DNA from: Bacilli bacterium
GTDB taxonomy: Bacteria > Bacillota_I > Bacilli_A > ML615J-28 > CAG-313
Direction of reading: 5' to 3'
Assembly: GCA_045653225.1 (NCBI GenBank)
Contig: JAZOLP010000043.1
Span: forward strand, 1 to 40,108
DNA length: 40,108 bases
How positions within the stretch are numbered: position 1 is the stretch's first letter; every line of letters begins with the position of its first letter. Shown here piece after piece: positions 1-9,336 of the stretch. The notes beneath the pieces are model-generated. The model saw only the letters and a list, made by a program, of their open reading frames with translations, was not told the origin of the DNA and searched no databases. Position numbers and translations under genes: made by a program.

Positions 1-2
1 TA

Positions 3-824
3 AACAAATACACGACTCTTGGGATTGGAGGAGAGTGCATAGTTTTATTTAAACCAAACAATATAGAAAATTTAGTAAAAGCATACAAATTTATATTAAA
101 TAATAAATTAGATTTTTTCATAATAGGTAATGGTTCGAACTTATTGATAAATGATAATTTTCATCAGAAAATATTTATATATATAAAAGGTTTAAACAAA
201 ATAGAAATAACTGATGAAAAAGTGTATGTTGAATCTGGTGTAATGGGTAATATATTATCAAGTAAATTGTCTAGTAAAAATTTAAGTGGATTAGAGTTTT
301 TGGCTGGGATTCCTGGTACAATTGGTGGAATGATTTATATGAATGCTGGAGCATGGAATAAATCAATTTCTGATGTAATCGAAAGTGTAACTTATTTAGA
401 TCATAGTGGAAATATCTTAACAATGACAAATATCAATAAATCAGAATTTGGATATAGAAAATCTCCATTTATGAACAAAAAAGCTATTATATTATCTTGC
501 ATTTTAAAACTAAAAAAAGACATTTTTTCTTTTTTAATGTATTTATCTTATTTTGAAAAAAAGAAAACTATTCATCCTTTAAAAGATAAGAATGCTGGTT
601 GTACTTTTAAAAATCTAAATGAAATAAAGACATGGGAACTTATTAAAAATTCTATGGAAGTAAATAGTGTAAATGATGCTGCTATTTCAGAATTACATCA
701 TAATTTTTTAATTAATAAAAAAAATGCAACATATAGTGATATGATAAAACTGATATCGTTGATAACAAAGACAGTTTTTGAAAAATATAATATTATACTA
801 GAATTAGAATGGATCATTGTGTAA
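3..824 (+). CDS. murB: UDP-N-acetylenolpyruvoylglucosamine reductase MurB, 5'-truncated by the window edge
   Basis: The frame of ORF 144..824 stays open back to nt 3 (NKYTTLGIGGECIVLFKP..IIGNGSNLL). IPGTIGG, FGYRKS, NAGCTFKN and the C-terminal LELEW align with the MurB FAD and active-site regions. Confidence 0.85.
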   Translation, partial: NKYTTLGIGGECIVLFKPNNIENLVKAYKFILNNKLDFFIIGNGSNLLINDNFHQKIFIYIKGLNKIEITDEKVYVESGVMGNILSSKLSSKNLSGLEFLAGIPGTIGGMIYMNAGAWNKSISDVIESVTYLDHSGNILTMTNINKSEFGYRKSPFMNKKAIILSCILKLKKDIFSFLMYLSYFEKKKTIHPLKDKNAGCTFKNLNEIKTWELIKNSMEVNSVNDAAISELHHNFLINKKNATYSDMIKLISLITKTVFEKYNIILELEWIIV

Positions 825-887
825 TAGGTAAACAAACAATCAATTTATTATTTCCTTCATATAATTATTGTGAAGGAGGTAATTTAT

Positions 888-1265
888 ATGTTAAATCATT
901 ATAATTATTTTGATAATTATAATACAAGAGATACAAAATTTTATGTAGCTCTTCAAGGCTTATCTAAAGGAAATATGAGTCAGGAATTATATGATAATTT
1001 TGGCAAATATGTCCCAAAAGAATTAGCATATACTGATGAAAATGCATTAAGAGCATATAGTTTTGCGATTATAGATTTAGGGTTATACTTAGATACTCAT
1101 CCTAATGAATCCAATGTAAAACTTTTATATGATCAATATGTAGCAAAGTATAATGAATTAGTTAGAAAAATGGAAGATAAAAATAAGATGTTGTGTTTAA
1201 ATTCGTCTAATACTGATAAGACATGGACTTGGCAAAAAAATTTACCCTGGGAGGTAAATAAATAA
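888..1265 (+). CDS. cotJB: spore coat protein CotJB
   Basis: LYLDTHPN motif, about 125 aa, directly upstream of cotJC. Start re-set to ATG 888, 6 nt after GAAGGAGG (the GTG at 870 lies upstream of that SD). The stop overlaps the cotJC start (TAATG). Confidence 0.8.
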   Translation: MLNHYNYFDNYNTRDTKFYVALQGLSKGNMSQELYDNFGKYVPKELAYTDENALRAYSFAIIDLGLYLDTHPNESNVKLLYDQYVAKYNELVRKMEDKNKMLCLNSSNTDKTWTWQKNLPWEVNK

Positions 1266-1822
1266 TGTGGCAATACAATAAAATAATGCAGTATCCGTTA
1301 AATATTACAAAAAAAGATTTAAAAATGGCAAAAAATTTATTAAGCCAGTATGGTGGGGCCCAAGGCGAATTAGGTGCAGCACTAAGATATTTGAATCAAA
1401 GAATAACTATGCCTGATGAAATGGGAAGAGCTCTACTTAATGATATTGGTACTGAAGAACTTGCTCATGTAGAAATGTTACAATCAATGATTTATTTATT
1501 AATGAAAGATGCAACTATTGATGAACTAAAAAAAGAAGGATTAGATGGATGGTTTACTGAACACGGAAAAGATATTTTTCCATCTAATAATGAATCAATA
1601 AGTTTTACAACTGATTATATTTCATCAGTTGGTGATCCTATTGCAAATATAGTTGAAGATATGGCTGCAGAACAAAAAGCAAGAGCAGTTTATGAACATT
1701 TAATTTTGTTAACAGATAATCAAGAAGTAATTCAACCATTATTATTCTTAAGACAAAGAGAAGTTGTACATTACGAAAGATTTAAAGAATTATTAGAACA
1801 TTATAAAAAAATGGGTTATTAA
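1265..1822 (+). CDS. cotJC: spore coat protein CotJC (manganese-catalase family)
   Basis: YGGAQGELGAALRYLNQR, EELAHVEML and the AAEQKARAVYE di-metal ferritin-like motifs are typical of CotJC. Confidence 0.85.
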   Translation: MWQYNKIMQYPLNITKKDLKMAKNLLSQYGGAQGELGAALRYLNQRITMPDEMGRALLNDIGTEELAHVEMLQSMIYLLMKDATIDELKKEGLDGWFTEHGKDIFPSNNESISFTTDYISSVGDPIANIVEDMAAEQKARAVYEHLILLTDNQEVIQPLLFLRQREVVHYERFKELLEHYKKMGY

Positions 1823-1847
1823 AAATAAGGCTTATGCCTTATTTTTG
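1822..1847 (+). terminator. intrinsic terminator after cotJC
   Basis: ATAAGGC-ttat-GCCTTAT hairpin (1825-1842) followed by TTTT. Confidence 0.6.
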
Positions 1848-1871
1848 TGCTATAATACAAATGGTGATAAT

Positions 1872-2387
1872 ATGAAAGTTATGGTTATATCTGATATACA
1901 TGGTTATTCTGATAAATTACAAAAGGTAATTAATTTTATGAAAAGTGAACAAATAGATAAATTAATTATTCTTGGTGATATCTTTAATAATTTTTATGAA
2001 TTAAATACTTCATCTAAAGAAATAAGTGAATTACTTTGGGGTATAGCTGATAAGGTTGTAGTAATAAGAGGTAATTGTGATTCATCTTACGATGAAACAT
2101 TACTGCCTGTAGGTTTTGATAATAATTATGAAACTATTATTAACGGGTTAAGATGTTATTTTCATCATGGACATTTAAGAGTAAATTATAATAGTAGTAT
2201 AAAATTATATGGCTATGGACATACTCATGTTGCACGCCTTGAAAAAATTGACAATGTCATTTATTTAAATCCAGGTTCCATTGGAAGACCAAGAAATTAT
2301 TCTAATGGCAGTTTTGCTGTGATATGTGAAAATGTAATTACTATATTTGATCTTAATTCTATTGTATTATTTGAAATGAAGATTTAA
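1872..2387 (+). CDS. YfcE/MJ0936-family metallophosphoesterase
   Basis: The MKVMVISDIHG, GDIF, RGNCD, HHGH and GHTH motifs occur in the canonical order. ATG 1872 is preceded by GGTGA. Confidence 0.8.
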   Translation: MKVMVISDIHGYSDKLQKVINFMKSEQIDKLIILGDIFNNFYELNTSSKEISELLWGIADKVVVIRGNCDSSYDETLLPVGFDNNYETIINGLRCYFHHGHLRVNYNSSIKLYGYGHTHVARLEKIDNVIYLNPGSIGRPRNYSNGSFAVICENVITIFDLNSIVLFEMKI

Positions 2388-2426
2388 AAAAACTTCTACT
2401 AATTAATTAGTAGAAGTTTCTTTTTT
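2386..2426. terminator. bidirectional intrinsic terminator between convergent genes
   Basis: Perfect palindrome AACTTCTACTAATT/AATTAGTAGAAGTT flanked by an A-run and a T-run. Confidence 0.75.
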
Positions 2427-4161
2427 ATAGATTTTTAAATTGATATTGGTATAGACCTTCATAAATTCCTTTTTTAGCAATTAGTTCTTCATGAGTTCCT
2501 TCTTCCATAATACCTTCATTTGTTATTACAACAATTTTGTCAGCATTTTTAACTGTTGATAATCTATGTGCAACAACAATAGTAGTTCTTCCTGTACTTA
2601 GGTTTTCTAAAGCTTGTTGAATTTGCATTTCAGTAACATTATCTAGTGCTGATGTAGCTTCATCAAGAATTAGAATTGGTGGATTTTTCAAGAACGCTCT
2701 TGCAATAGAAACTCTTTGTTTTTGACCACCAGAAAGTTTTACACCTCTTTCACCAACTTCTGTATCATATCCATGTTCTAAAGTCATAATAAAATCATGA
2801 ATATTTGCTGCTTTAGCAGCTTCTATTATTTGTTCCATAGAAGCATCTAAATTACCATATGAAATATTATCTTTAATTGTACCTCCAAATAAGAATACAT
2901 CTTGTGCAACAATTCCTATTTTAGATCGTAATGATTCAAGAGAAAATTCTCTTATATCTTTTCCATCAATTGTAATTGATCCATCAAGGATTTCATAAAA
3001 TCTTGGTAGAATATGACAAATAGTAGTTTTTCCTCCACCTGTAGGACCTACTAGAGCTACTGTTTGTCCTTTTTTAATTGTTAAATTTAAATTATTTAAA
3101 ATTAATTTTTGTTCTATATCATCTTTTTTAACATTGTATTTAAATGAAACATTTGTATATTTAATTTCATCATTAAACTCTGATAAAATGATAGGATTTT
3201 CTGGCTCTAATTCGTTATCTAGATTTAATATTTCTTGGAATCTAGAAAAACCAGTCATACCATTTTGAATTTGTTCAAAAATTGAAACTAAAGTTCTTAT
3301 AGGATTAATAATCATTGTAATGTAAAGAATACATGCGGCAAATCCGTCAGCGTTAATTCTTCCATAATACCAAAATAAACTACCTGCAAGTAATGCTAAT
3401 AAGTATAAGAAATCATTGAAAAATCCCATTCCACTACCAAAAATACCCATTTGTTTGTATGCTTTTTTTCTTGCGATTTGATATTTTACATTTGCTTTTT
3501 CGAATTTATCTATTTCATGTTCCATAGCTGTATAAGCTTTTGAAACTCTAATCCCAGAAATACTAGATTCTACACTTGCATTAATTTCACCTGTTTCAAT
3601 ACGTGTTTGCTTCCAAGCTGTTGTCATGTGTTTTCTTCTTACAACTGCAAAGATAACAATAAATGGCACAGCTGCAAAAATGATACCAGTAAGAAGAGGA
3701 TCAACTCTTAAACACATTAAAACACCAGCTCCAATAAGTGTTACAAATGATAAGAAAATATCTTCAGGACCATGATGTGCAAGTTCAGTTATTTCTTGTA
3801 AGTCATTTACAATTCTTGACATAATAGTCCCAGTTTTATTATCGTCAAAATAAGAAAATGGTAATTGTTGCAGTTTCTTAAATAATTCAGTTCTCATATC
3901 AGCTTGGATATATACGCCTAACCAATGTCCATAGTTTTGAATTATAAAGTTTAAAATGGCTTTTAATATATATATTCCAAGAAGAACCGCACCAGAAATT
4001 AATAGCGCTGTTAAATTCTTATTAGGAGCATAATCTTTAATTATATCTTGTGTTAAGTAAGGATAAACTAAATTACATAATGCTACTAGTAGTGCGCAAA
4101 ACATGTCGAAAATAAATAACGGCATGTGTGGTTTATAATATTTACAAAATTTTTTTAACAT
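2425..4161 (-). CDS. ABC exporter, fused permease/ATPase (MsbA/LmrA type)
   Basis: Six-TM N-terminal half. Walker A GPTGGGKTT, signature LSGGQKQR, Walker B ILILDEATSALD. Start re-set to ATG 4161 (MLKKFCKYYKPH) behind GGAGGAAG; the ORF-track extension to 4317 is AT-rich promoter DNA. Confidence 0.85.
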   Translation of the reverse strand: MLKKFCKYYKPHMPLFIFDMFCALLVALCNLVYPYLTQDIIKDYAPNKNLTALLISGAVLLGIYILKAILNFIIQNYGHWLGVYIQADMRTELFKKLQQLPFSYFDDNKTGTIMSRIVNDLQEITELAHHGPEDIFLSFVTLIGAGVLMCLRVDPLLTGIIFAAVPFIVIFAVVRRKHMTTAWKQTRIETGEINASVESSISGIRVSKAYTAMEHEIDKFEKANVKYQIARKKAYKQMGIFGSGMGFFNDFLYLLALLAGSLFWYYGRINADGFAACILYITMIINPIRTLVSIFEQIQNGMTGFSRFQEILNLDNELEPENPIILSEFNDEIKYTNVSFKYNVKKDDIEQKLILNNLNLTIKKGQTVALVGPTGGGKTTICHILPRFYEILDGSITIDGKDIREFSLESLRSKIGIVAQDVFLFGGTIKDNISYGNLDASMEQIIEAAKAANIHDFIMTLEHGYDTEVGERGVKLSGGQKQRVSIARAFLKNPPILILDEATSALDNVTEMQIQQALENLSTGRTTIVVAHRLSTVKNADKIVVITNEGIMEEGTHEELIAKKGIYEGLYQYQFKNL

Positions 4162-4255
4162 AACTTCCTCCTTAAATCTATTATATTTTATTTTTTTATT
4201 TTTGTCAAAGATAAAAGTATGAAAATATTTACTAAAATAAAAACTTACATATCTT

Positions 4256-4284
4256 TTGAAAAAAAATAAAAAATATGTTATAAT
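4256..4284 (+). promoter_or_regulatory. sigma-A type promoter for ackA(-ftsZ)
   Basis: TTGAAA-17 nt-TATAAT with an extended -10 TGT. Confidence 0.55.
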
Positions 4285-4332
4285 AAATACATAACTATAT
4301 ATCAAAATAAAATACATCGGAGGATTTATAAA

Positions 4333-5544
4333 ATGAGTAAAATTATGGCAGTTAATGCTGGTAGTTCATCTTTAAAATTTCAATTATTAGAAATGACTAA
4401 AGCTAGTGAAATTGTTTTAACAGAAGGGATTTTTGAAAAAATTGGTCAACCAGAACCAATCTTTACTATTAAATATGATGGTAAAAAAGAAACAAAATTA
4501 GTTCCTGAAGTTAAAAATCACGGTGATAGTGTTCAAATGTTATTAAGCGCTTTAGTTGAAAAAGAAATCGTTAAAGATCTAAATGAAATTAAAGGTGTTG
4601 GACATCGTGTTTTACACTGTGGAGAAAAATATTCTGATTCTGTAATTATGGATGAAGAATCAATTGCAGTTGTTGAATCAGTAAATGACTTAGGTCCATT
4701 ACATAATCCTGCTAACTTAACTGGCGTTCGTGCATTCATGGAAGCTCTTCCAGGTGTTGTTAACGTTGCAGTATTTGATACTTCATTCCATTTATCTATG
4801 CCTGATGAAGCATACATGTATGCTTGTCCTTATGAATGGTATGAAAAATATTCAGTTCGTAAATATGGTTTCCATGGAACATCTCATAAATATGTTTCAC
4901 ATAGATCAGCTGAACTATTAGGAAAACCACTTGAAGATTTAAGAATTATTACTTGTCATATTGGTAATGGTGCATCACTTGCTGCTGTTAAATATGGTAA
5001 AGTTGTTGAAACTACAATGGGACTTACACCACTTGATGGTTTAGTAATGGGTACAAGAAGTGGTACATTAGATCCAGCCGTTATTCAATTCATTTCAAAT
5101 CACGAAGGTTTAACTGCTGATGAAATTGTAAATATTTTAAATAAAAAATCAGGTTTCTATGGATTCACAGGTGGTCATAGTGATGCTCGTGAAGTAAGAG
5201 CAATGCAAGCTGAAGGTGATTATAAAGCTGATTTAATTTTAAGAATGCAAGAAAAGAGTATTGCAGATTACATTGGTCAATACTATGTTTATATGGGTGG
5301 TGCAGATGCAATCATCTTCACTGCTGGAATTGGTGAAAAATCTCCTGAATGTCGTTTACATGTAGTTAATAGAATTAAGGAAGCTTTAGGCATTGAAATT
5401 GATGAAAAGTTAAACGAAATTAAAGGTGAAGAATTAGAAATTAGTACTGCTAATTCTAAAGTTAAAGTTTTAGTAGTTCCTACAAATGAGGAATTAATGA
5501 TTGCTCGTGATTGTATCAGAGTAGGAAAAATTGAATTAGAATAG
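4333..5544 (+). CDS. ackA: acetate kinase
   Basis: MAVNAGSSSLKFQL, GHRVLHCG, FDTSFH, HGTSH and ITCHIGNGASL motifs. GGAGG SD. Confidence 0.95.
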   Translation: MSKIMAVNAGSSSLKFQLLEMTKASEIVLTEGIFEKIGQPEPIFTIKYDGKKETKLVPEVKNHGDSVQMLLSALVEKEIVKDLNEIKGVGHRVLHCGEKYSDSVIMDEESIAVVESVNDLGPLHNPANLTGVRAFMEALPGVVNVAVFDTSFHLSMPDEAYMYACPYEWYEKYSVRKYGFHGTSHKYVSHRSAELLGKPLEDLRIITCHIGNGASLAAVKYGKVVETTMGLTPLDGLVMGTRSGTLDPAVIQFISNHEGLTADEIVNILNKKSGFYGFTGGHSDAREVRAMQAEGDYKADLILRMQEKSIADYIGQYYVYMGGADAIIFTAGIGEKSPECRLHVVNRIKEALGIEIDEKLNEIKGEELEISTANSKVKVLVVPTNEELMIARDCIRVGKIELE

Positions 5545-5582
5545 GAAATTAGAATTTATTTATAAATTAAGGAGGTCATAAC

Positions 5583-6689
5583 ATGGATCAACATGAAGAA
5601 ATGTTTAGTGCCAAACCTGTCATCAAAGTTGTTGGTGTAGGTGGTGGCGGTGGGAATGCCGTAAACAGAATGATCGAAAATGACTTAAAAGGCGTTGAAT
5701 ATATCGTAATTAATACTGACTGTCAAGTACTTCGTTTATCCAAAGCTGAAAATCGTATTCAAATTGGACGTAAACTTACAAAAGGTCTTGGTGCAGGTGC
5801 AGAGCCTGAAATCGGTAAAGAAGCAGCATTAGAAAATATTGAAGAAGTAAAAGCTGCTGTTGAAGGTGCTGATTTAGTATTTATTACTGCAGGTATGGGT
5901 GGTGGAACTGGTACAGGTGCTGCTCCTATTGTTGCAAAATGTGCTAAAGAAAATGGTGCATTAGTTGTTGGTATTGTAACAAAACCATTTGGTTTTGAAG
6001 GCCGTAGAAGAATGCAACAAGCAATTAATGGTATCGAAGAAATGAAACCTTATGTAGATACATTAGTAATAATTCCTAATGATAAATTATTAGAAATTAT
6101 TGGTACTAATACTACATATCTTGAAGCTTTCAGTGAAGCTGATAATGTATTAAGAAGAGGTGTTCAAGGTATTTCTGATATTATTAATTTACCAGGTTTA
6201 ATTAATGTTGACTTTGCAGACGTTCGAACAGTTCTTAAAAACAAAGGTACTGCGTTAATGGGTATTGGTATTGCTGCTGGTCCTAATCGTGCTGTTGAGG
6301 CAGCTAGAGAAGCTATTCAAAGTCCATTACTTGAAATTGATATTAATGGTGCTACTGATGCTATTGTTCAAATTACTTGCGATAAAGATATCACAATGCG
6401 TGAAATCGAAGAAATTGTTGCAGAAATTAGAAACGCATCATCATCAGAAATTGAAATTATTCATGGTACTGGATTCAATTTAGACTTAAATGGTGAAGTA
6501 ATTGTAACTGTTATTGCAACTGGTTTTGATAAACCAAAATCAGAAGTTGATGAAAATCCTACTTATGTTCAACCATCTAAGATTCAAAAAGAACCTGAAC
6601 CACACGTTTCAGGTGGTGCTACAAACGACAACGAACCAGAACGTAGTGAAACAAAAGTACCTAGTTGGTTACAAAATCGTTTTAGATAG
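5583..6689 (+). CDS. ftsZ: cell division GTPase FtsZ
   Basis: [13 protein letters not shown] and [12 protein letters not shown] tubulin signatures. C-terminal VPSWLQNRF peptide. AAGGAGG SD. Confidence 0.97.
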   Translation: MDQHEEMFSAKPVIKVVGVGGGGGNAVNRMIENDLKGVEYIVINTDCQVLRLSKAENRIQIGRKLTKGLGAGAEPEIGKEAALENIEEVKAAVEGADLVFITAGMGGGTGTGAAPIVAKCAKENGALVVGIVTKPFGFEGRRRMQQAINGIEEMKPYVDTLVIIPNDKLLEIIGTNTTYLEAFSEADNVLRRGVQGISDIINLPGLINVDFADVRTVLKNKGTALMGIGIAAGPNRAVEAAREAIQSPLLEIDINGATDAIVQITCDKDITMREIEEIVAEIRNASSSEIEIIHGTGFNLDLNGEVIVTVIATGFDKPKSEVDENPTYVQPSKIQKEPEPHVSGGATNDNEPERSETKVPSWLQNRFR

Positions 6690-6694
6690 TATTT

Positions 6695-6727
6695 AAGCTC
6701 CAATAAATTGGAGCTTTTTATTTTTTA
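6695..6727 (+). terminator. intrinsic terminator after ftsZ
   Basis: AAGCTCCA-ataaat-TGGAGCTT followed by a T-run. Confidence 0.8.
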
Positions 6728-6750
6728 TATAAATTTATTAATATAAAAGT

Positions 6751-6785
6751 AAAAAGATGAAGAATTACTTTTCTTCATCTTTTTG
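6751..6785. terminator. second, bidirectional hairpin terminator
   Basis: AAAAA-GATGAAGAA-ttactt-TTCTTCATC-TTTTT. Confidence 0.5.
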
Positions 6786-6890
6786 CACAATTTCGCTTTC
6801 AATTTCAGGTCTCATCATTTCTTGATCACGATAATAATAATCGGGATCAAGAGTTTCATTTTTAGAAGGTTTCTTTTTCTTTTTATCCAA
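6765..6890 (-). CDS. possible 41-aa small protein (basic N-terminus, acidic C-terminus), absent from the ORF track
   Basis: Minus-strand frame open 6908->6765 (MKRGIHLDKKKKKPSKNETLDPDYYYRDQEMMRPEIESEIVQKDEEK). AAGAGGG sits 6 nt before TTG 6890, whereas ATG 6908 has no SD. The stop codon lies in the loop of the 6751-6785 terminator. Confidence 0.25.
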   Translation of the reverse strand: MDKKKKKPSKNETLDPDYYYRDQEMMRPEIESEIVQKDEEK

Positions 6891-7002
6891 GTGTATCCCT
6901 CTTTTCATTTAAATTTTACAATTATAGTATTAACTATTAATTAAAAATTATACATTTAATGAAAAATGTGTTATAATATAATATAAAGGAGAATGAAGTC
7001 TT

Positions 7003-8088
7003 ATGATTTATAATGAATTTTGTGGAAAAAAAATAAGTAGATTAGGTTTTGGATGTATGAGATTTCCAAAAACTTATGAAGAAACTAAAGCTTGTATAGA
7101 TCTTGCAATGGAACAAGGGGTGAATTATTATGATACTGCTTATGTGTATAATAATTCTGAAGAAACTCTTAGCAAATGTTTAGAAGAATATGATAGAGGT
7201 AGTTATTATTTAACTTCTAAATTACCTATTTTTAGAATGGAAACAAAAGAAGATGCTTTAAAATATTTTAATGAATCTTGTGAAAGATTAAAAACTAATT
7301 ATATAGATTTTTATTTATTACATGCACTTAATGCAAGTAGTGTAGAAAAAATCAAGGAATTAGGTGTAATTGATGAAATGAAAAAGCTTATAGCTGAAGG
7401 CAGAATCAAACATTTAGGTTTTTCTATTCATGCGCCAAAAGAAGTTTTAATTGATGCTTTAGATTTATATGATTTTGATTTTGTTCAAATTCAATTAAAT
7501 TATTTAGATATGGTTCATGAACCTGGATTTGAAGGATATGAAATTTTAACTGAAAGAAACATTCCAGTAGTAATTATGGAACCTGTAAAAGGTGGTATGC
7601 TTGCTAATGTGCCTGCCCCTTTAAATGAACCGTTCTTAAAATATAATAAAGATTTATCTAATGCATCTTATTGTTTTAGATTTTTAATGCAATTTCCAAA
7701 TATTAAAATTATTTTATCTGGAATGTCAAGTTTAGATCAAGTTAAAGATAATCTTAACACATTTAAAGAAGAAATTGCATATACTAAAGAAATGGCTGAT
7801 GCAATTGAAGCTGTAAGATTAAATATATTAAAAACAAAAAAAGTAGATTGTACTAATTGTAGATATTGTATGCCATGTCCATTTGGCGTTAATATTCCTG
7901 AAAACTTCTCTGTATATAATCGTCATGCCATGGGTGAAGTTTTAAATAATAATTGGTATAAAAATGCTGAATATCCAAAAGATGCTACTGCAGCTAAATG
8001 TGTTGAATGTGGAGCTTGTGTAAAAAAATGTCCACAAGGAATTAATATCCCTCTTGTATTAAAAGAAACTTTAAAAGAACAACAATAA
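7003..8088 (+). CDS. aldo/keto reductase with a C-terminal 4Fe-4S cluster domain
   Basis: AKR N-terminus (LGFGCMRFP, YYDTAY, LLHAL). C-terminal CTNCRYCMPCP and CVECGACVKKCP ferredoxin motifs. Confidence 0.85.
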   Translation: MIYNEFCGKKISRLGFGCMRFPKTYEETKACIDLAMEQGVNYYDTAYVYNNSEETLSKCLEEYDRGSYYLTSKLPIFRMETKEDALKYFNESCERLKTNYIDFYLLHALNASSVEKIKELGVIDEMKKLIAEGRIKHLGFSIHAPKEVLIDALDLYDFDFVQIQLNYLDMVHEPGFEGYEILTERNIPVVIMEPVKGGMLANVPAPLNEPFLKYNKDLSNASYCFRFLMQFPNIKIILSGMSSLDQVKDNLNTFKEEIAYTKEMADAIEAVRLNILKTKKVDCTNCRYCMPCPFGVNIPENFSVYNRHAMGEVLNNNWYKNAEYPKDATAAKCVECGACVKKCPQGINIPLVLKETLKEQQ

Positions 8089-8106
8089 AAATAGAAAGGA
8101 GAATGT

Positions 8107-8646
8107 ATGTCTGATAGTTTAAATGAAGCTAAGAAAATGCAGGAAATGTTTTTTAAGTATTTCCAAAGTAGCTTATCTGCAAGTGTAATTATCTTTGCTA
8201 TATACGTTCTCTTTATTGCTGTTGCAATATTAAGATATTCATTGAAAGGCATTATAGCCAGTGTTATTGGTATTACTCTTGCTTATACTGCTTATTTATT
8301 AGTTTATGATGTTACATATATTCAATATTTAATGTCATTAAGATTGGATGAAGGGTTTAGATTACTTGTAGCTCAAAACCTTCCTTTATTTTCTTTATCT
8401 AAGCATGCTCCATCAAAAGCTCTTCCTAGAATTGATTTATCACAAGCAAATATTTTAAAAATGAAATTTAATGGTTCATTTATTATGGATGCGTATTATG
8501 AATATAACAAAAAATTAAGAGATAAATTAATGGTTTATGGTAGAGCTTTAGCAATAATTATTACAACTGAAACAACAAAACAAGTATTAAAAAGTAAAAA
8601 TACGAAGGTTTTAAACAAAGAAAATTTATTTAAAAATATTAAATAG
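8107..8646 (+). CDS. hypothetical membrane protein (2 predicted TM)
   Basis: AAGGAG SD. Two hydrophobic helices, then a soluble tail. No recognisable motif. Confidence 0.55.
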   Translation: MSDSLNEAKKMQEMFFKYFQSSLSASVIIFAIYVLFIAVAILRYSLKGIIASVIGITLAYTAYLLVYDVTYIQYLMSLRLDEGFRLLVAQNLPLFSLSKHAPSKALPRIDLSQANILKMKFNGSFIMDAYYEYNKKLRDKLMVYGRALAIIITTETTKQVLKSKNTKVLNKENLFKNIK

Positions 8647-8655
8647 GTGAATAAT

Positions 8656-9327
8656 ATGGAAAATGAAGTAAATTATCTTCCATCAAATATAAAAGTATTA
8701 AGAGAAGAAGCTAGACTTTCAGTTGAAGAATTTGCTAAAAAAGCAAATGTATCTGTTAATACCGTTATTGGATGGGAAAAAGGAACTATTAAAATTTATA
8801 CAAGAGATTTAATTGTAATATGTCCTATATTAAAAATTAGTGAAGAAGATATAAGAACTAGAAATATAAAACAAGAAAGATTAGATGCTTATAGTAGAAT
8901 GAAACATGGTAATTCAAGAAAAAACTTTGATTGGTATTATGGAAATTCTAAAAAGGTTGTTTTTTATATTTTACCGTTAATCTTGATGCCTCTTGCAGCA
9001 TTAATAGGATATTTAATATCGTTAACACAAGTTGAATATTATCAGGCTTTAAATGATTTGTGGATACAATCAGGTAATTCTTCTATAAATATTTTATATG
9101 AGTATTATAAGATAATCTATCCTGTCATTGCTTTTTGTTTTGTAGGGATAGTATTTGTCATTATTGAATTAATAATCAGATTTAGACAATATTTTAAAAT
9201 ATGGTATATTTTTATTGCTGTATCTTTTAGTTCTGTAATATTACCTATTTTAGGTATATTATCAATTCCATATTTTGTTTATTGTATATATCAAGTATTT
9301 GTTTTAAAAGGTAAAAATAGAAAGTAG
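8656..9327 (+). CDS. membrane-anchored XRE-family HTH protein
   Basis: N-terminal HTH_3 (IKVLREEARLSVEEFAKKANVSVNTVIGWEKG) followed by 3-4 hydrophobic helices. ATG 8656 is preceded by AGGTGA. Confidence 0.7.
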   Translation: MENEVNYLPSNIKVLREEARLSVEEFAKKANVSVNTVIGWEKGTIKIYTRDLIVICPILKISEEDIRTRNIKQERLDAYSRMKHGNSRKNFDWYYGNSKKVVFYILPLILMPLAALIGYLISLTQVEYYQALNDLWIQSGNSSINILYEYYKIIYPVIAFCFVGIVFVIIELIIRFRQYFKIWYIFIAVSFSSVILPILGILSIPYFVYCIYQVFVLKGKNRK

Positions 9328-9336
9328 GTATATAAA

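Noticed and set aside
858-865. CATATAAT upstream of cotJB as a sigma-E/sigma-K promoter
   Set aside because: The -10 also reads as an ordinary TATAAT. The -35 region (CAATCAA at 14-nt spacing; AC only at 20 nt) fits neither the sigma-E nor the sigma-K consensus, so I cannot assign it.
1848-1856. Extended -10 (TGCTATAAT) after the cotJC terminator as a promoter for the phosphoesterase gene
   Set aside because: It would start transcription at or inside the GGTGA SD only about 9 nt before the ATG, and there is no -35. The gene is more likely expressed by read-through, or the match is coincidental.
4162-4317. N-terminal extensions in the ORF track: ABC exporter to 4317, def to 33016, yktA-like from 33896, cof from 31542, desulfurase to 16896, and GTG/TTG starts at 870, 1845, 8647, 11020, 14439, 16966, 21952 and 33663
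   Set aside because: In each case the upstream codons run through promoter or SD sequence, and a downstream ATG has a properly spaced GGAGG-type SD and matches the family N-terminus.
4162-4332. A CcpA cre site near the ackA promoter
   Set aside because: I looked for TGxAAxCGxxxxCA-like sequences. The only CG in the region is in CATCGGAGG at the SD, so there is no match.
4533-4921. ORFs 4533..4817 (-) and 4730..4921 (+) inside ackA. The same reasoning covers 6265..6696 in ftsZ, 9396..9653, 16625..16831, 21361..22010, 26476..26730, 35578..35802, 37098..37367 and 38292..38636.
   Set aside because: All are nested in, or antisense to, strongly supported genes, lack ribosome-binding sites and show no family motifs.
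7923-8252. 109-aa minus-strand ORF spanning the AKR / membrane-protein gene junction
   Set aside because: It overlaps two SD-preceded plus-strand genes, and it has neither an SD nor a recognisable motif.
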